DNA of 64,000 bases from Ramazzottius varieornatus. Taxonomy: Eukaryota > Animalia > Tardigrada. This document shows positions 29,584 through 42,600 of this stretch, in pieces. Each line of letters begins with the position of its first letter. Position 1 is the stretch's first letter. Made by a program: the position numbers and the translations under genes. Below the pieces are notes generated by a model. It saw nothing but the letters and a program-made list of their open reading frames with translations, did no database searches and was not told where the DNA came from. Location: the NCBI GenBank assembly GCA_001949185.1, contig BDGG01000014.1:1147378-1211377 (forward strand). Direction: 5' to 3'.

Positions 29584-30367
29584 TAGCTTTGTTTCCGCAG
29601 CCTTTTAGTAGTTTGACTTCACACACTCTGACTTTAACTGTAGCTTTGTGCACAGAGCTTTAACTGCCTCTTCCACTGCTGGTTAGCGACTGCCGATGTA
29701 CGTACGTTGCACCACGCTAATCCGAGCCTGGCGTAACGGGTCGCAACCTCTGCGTGTTTAGTGTAGCTAGTGGGCGGAGTCTGATTGCTCATTGCTGTGC
29801 TGATTCAAAACAGTAAACTAAACCAGGCAATTATCAACCTCTCTATTATTGAATCAACCTCCACCGCAGCTTGGGTATGAAAAAGAAACAAAACCACACT
29901 TCGGTTGATTGACTGCTCCTGTTAGCTCAATATATGAAAAAGCACTTCTACCGGAATTCGATGCCAAGATATCCATATACGAGACCTGGCTCCGGCAAAT
30001 TTATGGCCTACCATTTTAATTTTGCGCGGTTTGGCTTGCCATGCTCCGACAGACGCGCGCTTCAGCAGTACATCAGTGTTTGGATCCCATCTCCTCGAGA
30101 GTTTTGTTCATCCTGATTCCTGAGCAGTGCGTCTTTCGGTGGGGTGCTTTGAGGTTCATAATCCGTTGATCGATGGCAAGGACATCGTGGTTGAGCGAGA
30201 CTGCTGTTTGATGCGGGGACTGGAGTGTTGAGTGAGGGAGTTGCTCTTTGCCAAGCTGGTCGGGAAGAATCGCCAGAAAGCATCGCTGATCCATCGCCTG
30301 TTCTTGGCTACCTCCCCTTCTGCTTACAGGATCGAGAAGACGTCTGGAGGGAGCCGTTGTCGCCACG

Positions 30368-30619
30368 ATGTATTGCCTACAGTGGCTGCTGCCACTTTTG
30401 CTGGTGCCCAAGCCAGCCTTACCGTACCTGATGGCCCAAGTGGAATATACGGCCTTCTTCACCCTCTACATCGTCGGATTCATCCTCAAGAGGAAGCCCT
30501 GCATCCTCTGCACCGTCGTCTTCCTGCTGACATGCTTTCTGGTCTGTTGGTCGGGTATAGGAAATTGTGTCTTCTGGGTGAACGGCAACGCCACAGATTG
30601 CCCCGGTCGAGCCTTATAG
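30368..30619 (+). CDS. BLCAP: Bladder cancer-associated protein BLCAP/BC10 (83 aa, single coding exon)
   Basis: MYCLQWLLPLLLVPKP...LKRKPCILC.VVFL..FLVCWSGIGNC matches the family signature (MYCLQWLLPVLLIPKP...LERKPCTIC...ICYSCWGNC); splice acceptor at about 30329 in the 5' UTR. Confidence 0.95.
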   Translation: MYCLQWLLPLLLVPKPALPYLMAQVEYTAFFTLYIVGFILKRKPCILCTVVFLLTCFLVCWSGIGNCVFWVNGNATDCPGRAL

Positions 30620-31197
30620 TCTCTCGCTTGATTGAAACTATAGACACCTTTTTTCGTCTTACGATTTGGCAGTTGTTGCTTCATCTTTCGATGTATACCA
30701 GCGCTCTTTCATGTCTTTCCATTTTTACGTGTCGTCATGAGTTTGAGTTTCGTTATTCTAGCGGGGAAAGGAGAGAAGCAAGCCATTTGATTTGATGTGG
30801 AAGAGTTATTATGGTTGAAAATGACGCCGTAAAATGGCTTAACACATCAAGTCGCGCAAGACGTCATTGCGGGCTTCGTCCTCTGCCAAACACGGTATCA
30901 CCAGAGTGGGATATGGTATCACCTGCGCTTCTGGACCTGGAAACCAGGTCAAGCGGTGGGGGAAGTGGGATTAGATGCTTCCACCAGCCAACTGGTTTTT
31001 AAAGGCCATAGTGGTGTCTGCCGGTATTCATAACCAATCAACTTATGTGTCGTGCACAATAATTTAACCGATAAAAGCCGGTAGGAATTTACTTATATTC
31101 ATGGCTTCGTAGTTCATGGGCGCAAACTCCACAAGGAAAACATTGACAAAGATTTAGTGTGAAAAAATGTACATGATGGGTGGAAACAAGAATGGTA

Positions 31198-34100
31198 TCA
31201 CTGGCGCAAAGCCAACTTTTCGCAGCTCTGCGACTGCGTCAGCATCATCAGTCGGTCGTGGAACTGCACCGGTAAGGACTGGACTAACTCGGCCACTTTC
31301 TCCTTCCTAACTTCTAGGGAATTCGTGTCGAAAATGAAAAAGAACAAATCACAAATCAAGATGATCTGCTTGAGCGTGGGCGGAGCCGCAGCCGTGACAC
31401 GGCGCAGTGCCGTGAAGAGATCTAAGGTCAGTGCGGCCAGCCGACCACTGTCCGTCGTCAACTTGGGCAGCAGTGGGCAAATGGTCTTGAGGAGGAACAA
31501 GAACTGCTGGACGGTAGAGATGGAGGACAGAAGGCTGGACCGAAGGTAGTCGACCAGCGTCAGCGTGTGAGCAACGCCGTTGTGCAGAGCCACGGCATGG
31601 ACCAGGTGGAGGAGCCAGGCTGGCAGCAGGCCACCCTCTTCGTCCAGCGCAGCAGGCGGAAGTGAGTCGAGAAAGTCCAGGACGTCATCAGAGGGAACGC
31701 CCTCTTGTATGAGGTTACACTACCAAATAAAAACAGATATTCCATAATCCTAGTGAACTCTATTCCTGCCCTTTCTCTACAGTACCGACCACCTGTCAAG
31801 GCCGTGCTGGGTGCAGATCAGAGTGAGATTACCATAGAAAAGGGGCCAAATTCCAGTTCTGCGCGAAAAGCCACTCTTGGCGACCATCGTCAATAGTTAG
31901 CTTTTCCATCGGAAGCCAATGCACATTTACAAGTCGAGACTTACCGTCAGAACTTGTTGGAGTAGGTGCAACAAGACAGCAAAAAATCGTCCAGGCATGG
32001 CTGACAAACACAGGGCCAGGCAGTTCAGTCGCTTCTGTAGCATGTCCGCTCCTTCACTTCCGCTCGACGCGGTGTTGGTCAAGGTCGGCAACAGCCCAGC
32101 GACGACATCTTCGGCGCTACCCATAATGGTCATTAGTTCCACACAGCTCATGTACAAGAGGTGCGTCACTGCATTAGGGTACTCGTGGAACCTCCAGTCG
32201 AACTCCAAGGGCGCTTCACCGTTCATACAGGTTACAAGTCTGTCCATCAAGAAACTAAAGTATTCATCTGGCATCTTTCTCCTCAATTGTCCTTCTGTGT
32301 TCATGTAAGTGTGATAGTGTGGGGTAAAGTAAAAATTAGGTGGATAGTGCTGGGCTTTGTGGCCGATAAATGTCTGGACTAGTTTGACTTTGAGTGGAAG
32401 GTTATCGTGGAGGTTGGTGTCGTAAAAGAAGAGCGTCTGCCAGGTTACAGTGACGGGACGATCGTGGTACGACAGAGCTGGACCCAAGAAGTCTAGAGCG
32501 GCGTCAAGAGGACGATGACCGGCCGAACCAAGGTCTAGGCATCGGTGGACCAAGACGTCGACAAGGGGAAGTGTGCGAAGAACCACGTTGCTAAAGTACA
32601 GCGGGAAACGCGGATGGTTAATCACACCCGCCCTGGATGGATCGAACGAGCCGTTGAAGTAAAACGGCTACAATCATACCACAGAAAATTAATGATACAC
32701 ACTGTTCATTACACATAAAAACAGACGCTTTTCATCCACCTACATACACTATTTAACGCATATAGCACGACGTACCAGTACGCAGTTGGATGAAAAATCG
32801 TAAAACAAATTGGGTACCTGCGTACACATAGCCTACGCCTTACTGGGAAGTCGGAGTATGCAGGCACACGGTCGATTGACAGAGTTTGTCACGTACCTCG
32901 GCGAACTTTTGGTGGTAGCGGTAAAGTCGGTCCAGGTAGTCGGAGCATTGCCAGTACATTGGTGGAAGGAGCGCCAACGTCTCGTTAATCCTACTGGCGA
33001 ACTCAGCGTTCTGCAGCAAGGACTGAACCAAGGCCAAGAGCAGCTGAGCTTCCTGAACGTTCTCCGTCGGACGAAGTAACGCCACCAGTATCACTCTGTC
33101 CAAAGGCAGCAGGTTGTACTTCCATATCATGGAGCTCAGTGCGCCACTCAGTGCTACCATCGGCGTCCGACTGCCTTCCGTCGTCATGTAGTCCAGCAAG
33201 AGCCGCACGGCCTAAGATAAAACTGACGTCACTCTGCAGAAAAATTAACATCAGCACCAGTAGAGAAACTTGAATAACTTACGGCCATTTGGATTTTGAC
33301 CTGCATCTTTTCCATGACTTGAGCGACCAAAGGTCCGCCCTTGAAGTGTTCGGTTGAGTTGGAAGCTTCGTTTGAGAGGATTTGCCTGAAGACTAAGGAA
33401 AGAATGAAGGGAGGACCGGGCATCTGTTTGTAGACGGTCTGCACATCGGCGTCACTGTTGACAGTCCTCAGCTTGTTGGCCAGGTTCTCGATGGTGGCCA
33501 CCAACTGCTTCTTGTCGGGCCTTCCTGGCACTACAAAGGTGGCGTACAAGTCTATCAACGGCTGGGGAAACGTGGCGACAATGTGGGCACTCCAAGCATG
33601 CGGAACAACCTGCAAGGAAAGACATGCAAGATAACTGCGCGCAGTTCATGTTTCTTGTCAAGTCTGTGCCCAACACGGCCCTGATAGATTCTTCTCCCTG
33701 CCTCCCTTTTTCTACGCTGAAGCCAGTCGAGGCCGGCACGGCCTTGGTCGGTCGGTTCGTAGAAAAATGGCGGAAATATACAACTGCAGCGGGGGTGCAT
33801 TTCTGCCCTGTCACCGAATGTAAACCGAGAATGTGATTTTTCACAAGAGTGGAAACATGTACATGTTGGACGGCAGTGAAGTGAGTGGTGAGAAAATGGA
33901 TGGTTGATTGGTCCAGGCCGATGATATGCATCAGGTGGACGAGCTTGAGCAGCATCAGCCGAGTCAACTCTTCACTTTCGGCGGCGTACAGCCGGATTTC
34001 CGCCAAGTGACTGCGCGGCTGGATGAAGTCGTCAACGTTGAAGGATTGAATCAAGCGAAGCATGGTTTGACAGATGTAGAGTGAGATTCGCGGGTGGGCA

Positions 34101-37100
34101 ATGGCTACGTTATACTGCTGATTCATGGCCGCCGAAATCAGCAGTATATTCCCTCTGCGAGAAGGCAAACTTTTACTCTACTGTGTTTGTCTCACTTTAC
34201 AGTTCAGACAAGAATGATAGGACTTACTTCCAGTTGACAGCGACGTAGGGTGTCCGGAAGGACAGCAGCTCGAAGGTGGAAATGAGGATGAAGGGAGCGT
34301 TGTTCTTGGAAGCTAGTTCGGGTAGCCTGAGGCCGATGTACTGGTGGGTAATCGTGTCCGTTTCTTCGTACATCATCAACCTAGCGTTAGTCTCCCAGAA
34401 CGCCGGAGCTACAGAGACAAATTTACACTTTGTGAAGAAAGGAGCGGTGAAGTGAGATGAAACAAGGACTTACAGAGGAAAACTGTTGTAGGTGCTTCAC
34501 GGCTGCTCAGGATGACCTTGGTGAAGCATGGCTGGACGTTGTTGGCCAACATCATGCGAACATGACAGGAAAGAACGTCCAGAATGTCCATGGATAGGGG
34601 TAGTAGGGCGTTGAAGACCGGGACGTTACCCGCTGCCATCACCGTCGGTGAAGGCAGCTGCTGGGACGCCGAAGGAAACGAAGAGTCCAACATTGGCTCC
34701 AAGAGGCTGTTGGCCATCTTGTCCGCGTACTAAGATAATAAAAAACGTTGCTAAATGGGTATCGGCGGCCCAAGTTTCATACAAACGTATGCCAGTCAGA
34801 CTGCTGAGGAAACAAGTTTGAAGATTTGGCACCCCAAGGGAAGGCTAAACTGCTGATGCAATCTGGTGTAACAGATATCGAGGAACACAATGCTCAAGTC
34901 TATTTGACCATCCGACCACTGGTCAGATGACTTTGTCAGAAAAGTTTGAAGTGATTCGAAGTTTCGACTGACAAAGTTTCGACGTCTCGACGACGTCATA
35001 CAGCCACAGTATGCGTCTGCATCTGTTCTGCCAACAGACCCCCATGTGGGTGTGCTTCAGCTACTAATCATCGCTGGATTTTTCGGCAAAATCTGCCCAA
35101 AAGGGCGAACAGGTTTTTGAAACCTTGAGTCACGGCGAAGTACGGCAAACTCACCACGCGACGCCCTTCGTTATCCTCCGTAACTTGATGTCAGAAAAGG
35201 GTCGTTCAGAGTAAAAAAAGTACCCAAATGAAGGCCCAAACAAACAAGCCAAAGGTGAACATTTCTCATTCACCTGCCCACAGAGACCCAGTGCCACATA
35301 CCCATTAGAATGTATGCAGGTGGATGAGATATGAGCCCTATGCATGTACCTGCATACAGTGACCCAATGGCGAACGCGCCTTACAGAGAATGCAGGTGGG
35401 TGAAATTTCGACTTACGTCCATTTTAGACACGCGGATTTGGTTGTCTCTGAGTGGAGGTAGGTTGACGAAGCAGTTCACAGCGGCAGCATGCTCTGGGGT
35501 ATTGAGGACAGCCGGAGTGAGTGCTTGGACAGCTTTGTCAGTGGAACGTAGAACGAAGTCCAGCATGTGGCTGAGGGCGAGTGGAGTGTTCCAGGGGACG
35601 GCAACTTCCTCGTCGCGAGCTCGCCGGACTAGGTGACTCCATGTGTAGGCTGGTCCTAATCGGACCACACCGCCAGAAGACGTTAGGTCGGGGACCGGGA
35701 GAGGATGGGCTTCGGGAAAGAGAAGACTGACGAGGCTCAGGCACGGAACGAGTTCGCTGCAGCGAATGTTGGTTTGCACCGAGACGAACTGGTAGATAGA
35801 CCACAGCAAGTAGTAGCGACCTGTTTCCACTTCACCTGCAACGCAAGATTAAAAATTAAAATCACCGGCGGACATTCACGGAGTAATATAAAATGATGGC
35901 AACGAGAAGAGCGAAGTTTCTGCATACTCTAAACTCTGCTCACACCGCGACTGCAAGTTACTGTATGCAGCTACGCGAGAGCCAGGAACCTGCATACCCC
36001 AAACTACGCTTATCTCATAGAGATACGTATGCAGGTCCGTGAGAGCTAGTTTTACGCTTGCAAACTTTTCCAACATACTTGGTGAGAAGGAACTAATGCT
36101 TTCTTCCAGCTTCCCAACCAGCGTACGGAAGTTAACAAAACCAGGAGCGCCCATGGTGGTCAAGTGCGACGAAATTTTCCTCCATTTGGGGAAAGCTACT
36201 TTCTCGTCTGTCACAGGCATACTCTTCAGCATGACCGCCACCAGCTGATCTTCCAGACCTTCCGAGGTTCTCTCCATCGTCGAACCCTGCTTGGAGATAC
36301 CCAGAAGTAGCTGGTAGGTGTGACGGCTGTGGGCTTGTTCGATGAGGTACTGCAGAATATTCTCCGCATTGTCTGCCGACTTCTACAATGCCATAACCAA
36401 CAACTAATTATCACGCTCATAGTAAAATTTGCGATATTCACAAAGAATCGTTACCGAAGCAAAGGAAATTCCAGAAGGTGCCGAAAACTCCAGCGTCTTT
36501 CGGTCCAAGTTCCACAACGAACCATTGACTAAAGAGTATCCCACGACAGGGAAAAGCCATCGCCGGTTGGAGATGGACAAGAAATTAACTAGAAGCTGCG
36601 AGCGTGTGACAAAGCTGGTAAAAGGACTAACAAAGGCCTGAAAGTACTCCTTGGACGGTGACAGATTTTGTAGTTCTTTGACGAGGACAGAGCAAGGTAT
36701 GCTAGACGACGTCTCGCAGAGAAGCAGTCCAAAGAAAGACTGGACAGCTTGTAGTGAACTTGAGGCACTCAACTGCCGCCGTTTGCGATCCCGTTGCAGC
36801 TTCTCCGATCTAGCTTTGACCTCGCGGATGATCTCGCAAGTGGCTTGAACGTCGAGGAGGCCGAGTAGTTGCACAAGGAACGTATGATGAGGAGGTTTAG
36901 GTGAGGGAGGCGAAGATTCGCGGCGAAGCTGGACGGAAGACAGCATCAAGCGGATACCATAGCTGCGCATGGAGGTGTCTCGGCTGGAGTGCGTGGCTGC
37001 TTCCACCATGGCGTTGAACAACTCCGAGCATAGTCGGTGGTTGTTGAGAGGACTGCTGATGTACGAAAGAAGCAGCTGGATCAGCTTTTCTTGCAGCTCC

Positions 37101-37546
37101 AAAGACTGCAAAAGCAGAAAGTCAGTTTACCTCAACAAAGTCGCGCGCAACATCATGGCACATCATACAACAAAATCTCGCTTCCGTGACGTCGTGTTTG
37201 ACTTGAAGAATCATCAGTTTAAGTTACCCAACTTCAAACGCATATGATGACATCACAAGACATGGTGTCAACAGTACATAACTTCGACGTCATGCACGAA
37301 CTTGGGTGATTGCGAGCTTACCATGGAGCGGTCGAACAGGGAAGGAAAACGACCTGCCAGCTCATGCAACGGGTCGTTGAATTGCTCCTTGACGGCATAA
37401 GGGGAGAGGGACACCAAGGAATCATATCTCTGGAACGAAAAGGTAAGGTAGAGCAAAGGAACGGTGCCAGGAATGAGATTGACCAGCGTGCTTACGTCCA
37501 ATGATCGGATCATCGAGTAAACCGCCTGCTCCGTCAATGGCTCCAT
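31198..37546 (-). CDS. MED23: Mediator complex subunit 23 (multi-exon)
   Basis: Motifs YYLLWSIYQFVS, PLSMDILDVLSCHVRM, ESEELTR, PHAWSAHIVATFP, MIWKYNLLPLDRVIL, PLYFSNVVLRTLP, DWRFHEYPNAVTHLLYMSCVELM; ATG 37546, stop 31198-31200. Confidence 0.93.
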
Positions 37547-39626
37547 TCTCCGCGGTGATTTGCTTTATGGAGTCCAGCACATCGGGATCATTTCCATAAA
37601 ATTCTCTCGCTACGATCGAAGCGCTCGACGCCAAACAAGTCTGTGGATGGAGCAACAGTCGGGGAATTCAAAGAGTGCTGTCGAGTAAATCTGAGAATGG
37701 GCATTTTTCAGATGAGCCTTAGTTGATGGTTGATTGCAGCGATGGACTGGAGATTTACTCAGTGAGTTATCCAAAACGCAGAACGGCTTCGCGACATCAA
37801 GTGCAGCCCAACTTTGGTACGGCAATCAGTCAATCAACATTTTTTGTGTTGAAAATGCCGTTCTGAATGTTGCTCGAACACCGGGTCTCCTGTTCAAAAG
37901 GTAGGATTTGCGCACTGATAACAAAGTTTCCGTGTTGTACTTGTTCTTAGCAGGTCGAACGTGACAGTTCCCTGGTTTTGGATATTAGGCTGAGTAAATC
38001 CACCGCTGGTTGATTGACGTCCAGAAGCTGTACGTCGTCACGCCCTACAGAGGGCGTAATTTCTCCCGGAAACTCGAGATCGCCGCGACGAAAGTTCTCG
38101 TTTAACATGGAAGCTTTTTAGTCTACCTTATTCTTTTAGTAGCACAAACCAAAAGACTGGGATAGTCTAAGCAAAATGAGCTAATTTGTTTTGCGGATAA
38201 TTTGGTTTCTGCTCTTCGGGGAAAGAAAGGTAGGATGTCAAAGAGAAAGAAACAATCGATCGGTATTGAGCTTTTGGGTATATTCCAGGTTTTCGGGGGA
38301 AACCGCCGGTACCACAGGGTGGTTACTTCTTCTTGCAGTTTCAAAAATATCCTCCACTGTAGTAATATCCGCCGACTGGATAGTGGACAATGGGATAATT
38401 GCTGTGGCAGTAGCCTCCGATAACGCCGGGAAGCTGACACTAGTCCTTGGAGAAAGATGGATGCAAAAGCTCGATCTCCAGTACAGGGGTTGGCTGGAGT
38501 TTGTAAGCGAAGACGGAAGATTGCTGTATTAAAGGGGTTTTATATTATTTTGGGTTATAACCCAAGACCGGTTTTCCTGTTATTATTTTCCAATGGTTCC
38601 ATACGATTGACTCGTCTGCGGCGGTACTGGCGACGTGAACCTCGGAATCTCCCATGAACTTCACCCTTAAGGTCCTACCGCACGGTCATTAGATGCTGTA
38701 TTTTTATTATTAGTCCTCCTCACGACGAGCTGTTTATGTCGCAAACGGTTGATTTAAAATTTGAGTATGCTTGATCAACGGAATTTAGTCGTGAGTGAGG
38801 CAAAATTGCGTTTTTCGAAAGTCTCGGAAAGGGGAGCGGAAATGCGCGAGTTTTGCGGGGTGGGTTTGTAGGCAAACTTTGCCTCCTGACTGTAATTCAT
38901 TGTTTTCTCTCTGGCTAGTCTCTGTCTGTCGAATCCTCGACACTAATAAGTATCAAGGAGCCCATACGCGAAACGGTACCTCGCAACGTGAAGCGCTGTG
39001 CAGATAGAGATCAGCTGTGAAGTGAAAATTTGAAATTTTCAGTCAAGTGTGCAGAGAATAATCCGTTTTCGCTCTCAAGATAAGCTACTCGAGGGCTGCT
39101 TATCTCGAAAGCGAAACTTCGTAATCCACTTTCAAGATCAACACAATCTACGGAGTTTTACGGCATGTCATGAGGAGGACTATTGTTTATGTCTGTTATG
39201 TAAGACCTGAGGGGAAGTTTGGAGTCCGCCAGTCCGTTTAGCTGCGAAAGCACAACCATGGCTTTTCCGTTTTACACCAGCTAGTACCGTAAACATGACT
39301 ATCAATCTAACGCAGTAAAATAGATAATTATATCGGAATACGGTCAGTGTGAGCTAGGAACTTTTGAGAATTAGCGCCGACGAGGAAGCGACATTAAAAG
39401 TGTATAAAGCTGAAGATTGACAATAGGAGGCGCTGCCAATGTAGACTGCTGTGTGATCACCGTCTAGTTGATAGTTGAATCAACTACACAGCGCAACAAG
39501 TTCTCCAAGTATGGATCCAACTGGGGTCGTCTGACTTTTGTGGTGTCCCATGGACCAGTAGCATGCTTCTCAGCTATAGTACTTGCGATCACAGAGCTGT
39601 TCCGGTGCCGACCGGCACGTCCTGCT

Positions 39627-42600
39627 TCACAAATGCCCTTGTTCCAGCGCGGTGTGAAGCTGCCTCAGCTCCTTCAGCGTGTTTACTCTCCAGAAAGGAA
39701 ATTTATTCTAAGATGATAAAAAAGCATCGGTGAAGAACGTGCAATAGCAGCTTCGTTGAGGACAAACGTCAGTTCATGATACCTCTTTTGCGGCTGATTC
39801 CTCTTCGGGTCCGTTACCGACCACCACGTAAGTGCAGTTCTTGCCGAAGCGATGGTTGATTCGTTCGAAACATGTATCTTTCCCTGTTGGGCAAAACCAA
39901 GTCTTCCTTCCATTGTGCTTTGCGCTTGACGAAGTGGAAACGCATACTTGGCCTCCCTGCCAACTTACCAACTTTGGTTGAACTATAGATATTTTCCACC
40001 GGGAAGACTGGGCCCAAGCCGAAGAGCAGGACCTTGGCTACTGCGTTCGGCAGTTGGTTGCCCGTCACCAAGACGTTGGCGCACTTTGGCCTACAGTATC
40101 AAGCAAGACAATAACATGATCTTTTGCCCATAACCTTGGTGGGAAAAGGAATAGTGGAATGGTACAATACTTACCTTCTGGCAATGGTGGACAGGCAAAT
40201 GGTGGCCAGCGAGCACCACTGGCTGGTCAGCTCGTCCAGGCTTTTCCGCAGCTCCATCCAGGCCTCTCGTTTCATGGAATTGCCCAGCAGTGCTGCAACG
40301 TATCTTTCGGTTCAATACGATCCTCTTTGAATTTATGAGGGAGTTTGAGCTGATGAGGAGTCCTTACCTGAAGGGTTGTTGCGGTGGAAGTTGTACATTT
40401 CCTTGATGCGGCGATAGCGGAAGGCCAGCTTGCGCATCCAGTCGATGCCTCCCCGCATCCCCGAAGCCATGCACAGGTTACCGTTGGGGGAGATGGCCCG
40501 AAACCCGTCAGCGCTAAAATTGTACGTGCTGCAAAACACAAGTCATCTGTCAGCATCGACAGGATGCTCGTTGAAATCTCGCAGAAGAAAAACCGCAAAG
40601 ACCTGAAACACCTGGATTTGTCTTACGTAAAAGCAGCCATTGTAAATAAATTGTCCGAAAAATGAAATGAATTTTGCGCAGAGATGTTTAATATTTGGGA
40701 GATCGGCAAATGATCACAACCAGTTCTTTGTATCATGTAGCGCAAATTTGCACTGTTACTGCCCAAAGGCGCGCACGCCACTTGGGAAAACAACCAAGGA
40801 GGATTCATTTGCCGACCTTTCATTTTCTGTCTACCTTTTTCGATGTCACACTTGCTCTCTTTACTTTATGACACTTTAGCGGTAATCCTTCTATTGAATA
40901 AGAAAATGTGATATCGGAGGACGGACCTGAGGTCTTGTCCGTTATCGTCGGTGGCGACATCGTCAATATGAACTTGATCGCATTCCATGAGATCGAAGGC
41001 GAAAAAGTACTCGTTGGCCACATCTTCCATCATTTGCTCCATCTGCATGGCGATGGCTTTGACGTACGAATGATCCATGATCTACAGGAAAGAAGAAAGA
41101 GCTCAGTTGGTCATTACCGTTAATCACTTGAATTGTCCTTTGTCTGCGCCACTTATTCCGGCTAGACTGCCCATAAACAGCCACATGTTGATTCATCGAG
41201 ATAAATTAGAGCAAATGCCACATGGGGCGCTCAATCCTCTTTCCCCGCCTCTCGATACCAGGAAGGACAAGAGAACGCGGGGAAAATGAGATAAAAAAGC
41301 AAAGAGCGTCAAGGTCGATTTGACGGCTGGCCATTAGGAAACCTGGGAACGTTAACGGCCAGAAATCAATCATGATTGCTTCGTTATACTCCTCTCCTTC
41401 CTTTTCTACTTCTCCAGCATCCTCATCCTGGCTATCTCTTCGCCACCATTAATTAAGCCCGAAAATGTGTCTGGAGTTTATCGATGGATGATGGCGTCGA
41501 GCCGTGACCAGCAAGAAGGACGGTGCAAAGAGCGGCTGGAAGGAACGTGAAAGGGGGATGGAAAAGCAAGGCAATTAAAGGCTTCTTTTGGTATCGCGGC
41601 GAAATTGGAGTGTCAATACTGTTTTAGATGCAGACAAAAGTCGCATTGTGAAATATGATAGCGAACAAAAGCGGCCTTGCCGACTTCAGCCTCGAAAATG
41701 GTGCGAAAATGCTCCCACTTATGCCAGAGAAAAATTCCCCGTTATATCTCGATGCCGCTGTCGGAAAGAGTCAGAGGATGAGAAAGGAGGACTTTCTAGA
41801 AAAAAACAGGGGAGAGGTTTCTGATTTGGAAAATGGATTTTAAGGAATGATGAGATCAGGAGATGAATAATTTCTTGAGCGTTAGGCCTTGCACGTGTGT
41901 GCTGATGGCGATTCACGAGAACTGCCGGAAGACATTATAGTGAAGGTAATGAGTGGAATATCGACTAACCTTTTGGGAGAAGTCGTACATATCGGGATGG
42001 AGGATGGAGTGGAGGAGGACGATCGTCTCGTCCAGATTCCAGACAAAGACGCGCTCCATCGTCTCGCTTTCCGGCAACGGCGAGGGGTTGGCTTGACGTC
42101 GCCCCCGCGACTTGGACGAACGACCTGTTTTCCACAAGAGCCATCATCGACATATCGACCTCCCCCCATCGTACAACGTCTCATAAATTAGTTCTAGACA
42201 TGAGAAGACGCTTACTTTTCTTGGAAGAGCCATTCTGCGTAGTACCCTCCTTAGTCAGCGGAGGCGACGGCGTGGCTCCGCTGGCAACGCTACTTGCACC
42301 GTAGTTTGTCTCTACAAAATTAAAACATCTCCAAACATGGCGACTATCGATCAAGCTACAGTAGTCTTCGAAAATTTACTTTGACATTTTTGGTACCAGC
42401 CGTGCGAGTTGAGCTCCCCAATATAAAACATCTGCCGTTTTTCTACGAATACTAATGTCAAGGCCGTGCTGGACACCAACTTGACAGGAAATTTCGTAGA
42501 AAAAAGGCAGAATTGCGCTTAGAACAACTCGGCCACGACTGCTTTTTCTAGTACCTTGATTGTTTTGGGTGGCTTGCAGGTAAGCAGTAGGTGAGACGGA

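Larger units (their letters stand above)
26426..29842. mobile_element. Degenerate TIR element (second layer of the nest), family unassigned
   Basis: Left AGAGGGTGATACTCACCTTGTTTAGTTTA vs right reverse complement AGAGGTTGATAATTGCCTGGTTTAGTTTA (5 mismatches in 29), weaker similarity further inward; no clear TSD. Confidence 0.55.
26269..30078. mobile_element. Outermost CACTG-terminated (CMC/CACTA-like) TIR element hosting nested insertions
   Basis: Left CACTGATGTGCTGCTGAAGCGCGCGT and right ACGCGCGCTTCAGCAGTACATCAGTG are inverted repeats with 1 mismatch in 26 bp; TT on both flanks (possible 2-bp TSD). Confidence 0.65.

Noticed and set aside
30060-30078. TTCAGCAGTACATCAGTG resembling a REST/RE1 site
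   Set aside because: Only the left half matches; better explained as a transposon terminal inverted repeat.
30232-30795. 187-aa ORF overlapping BLCAP in another frame
   Set aside because: Non-ATG start within a probable intron, no recognisable domain; BLCAP explains the constraint.
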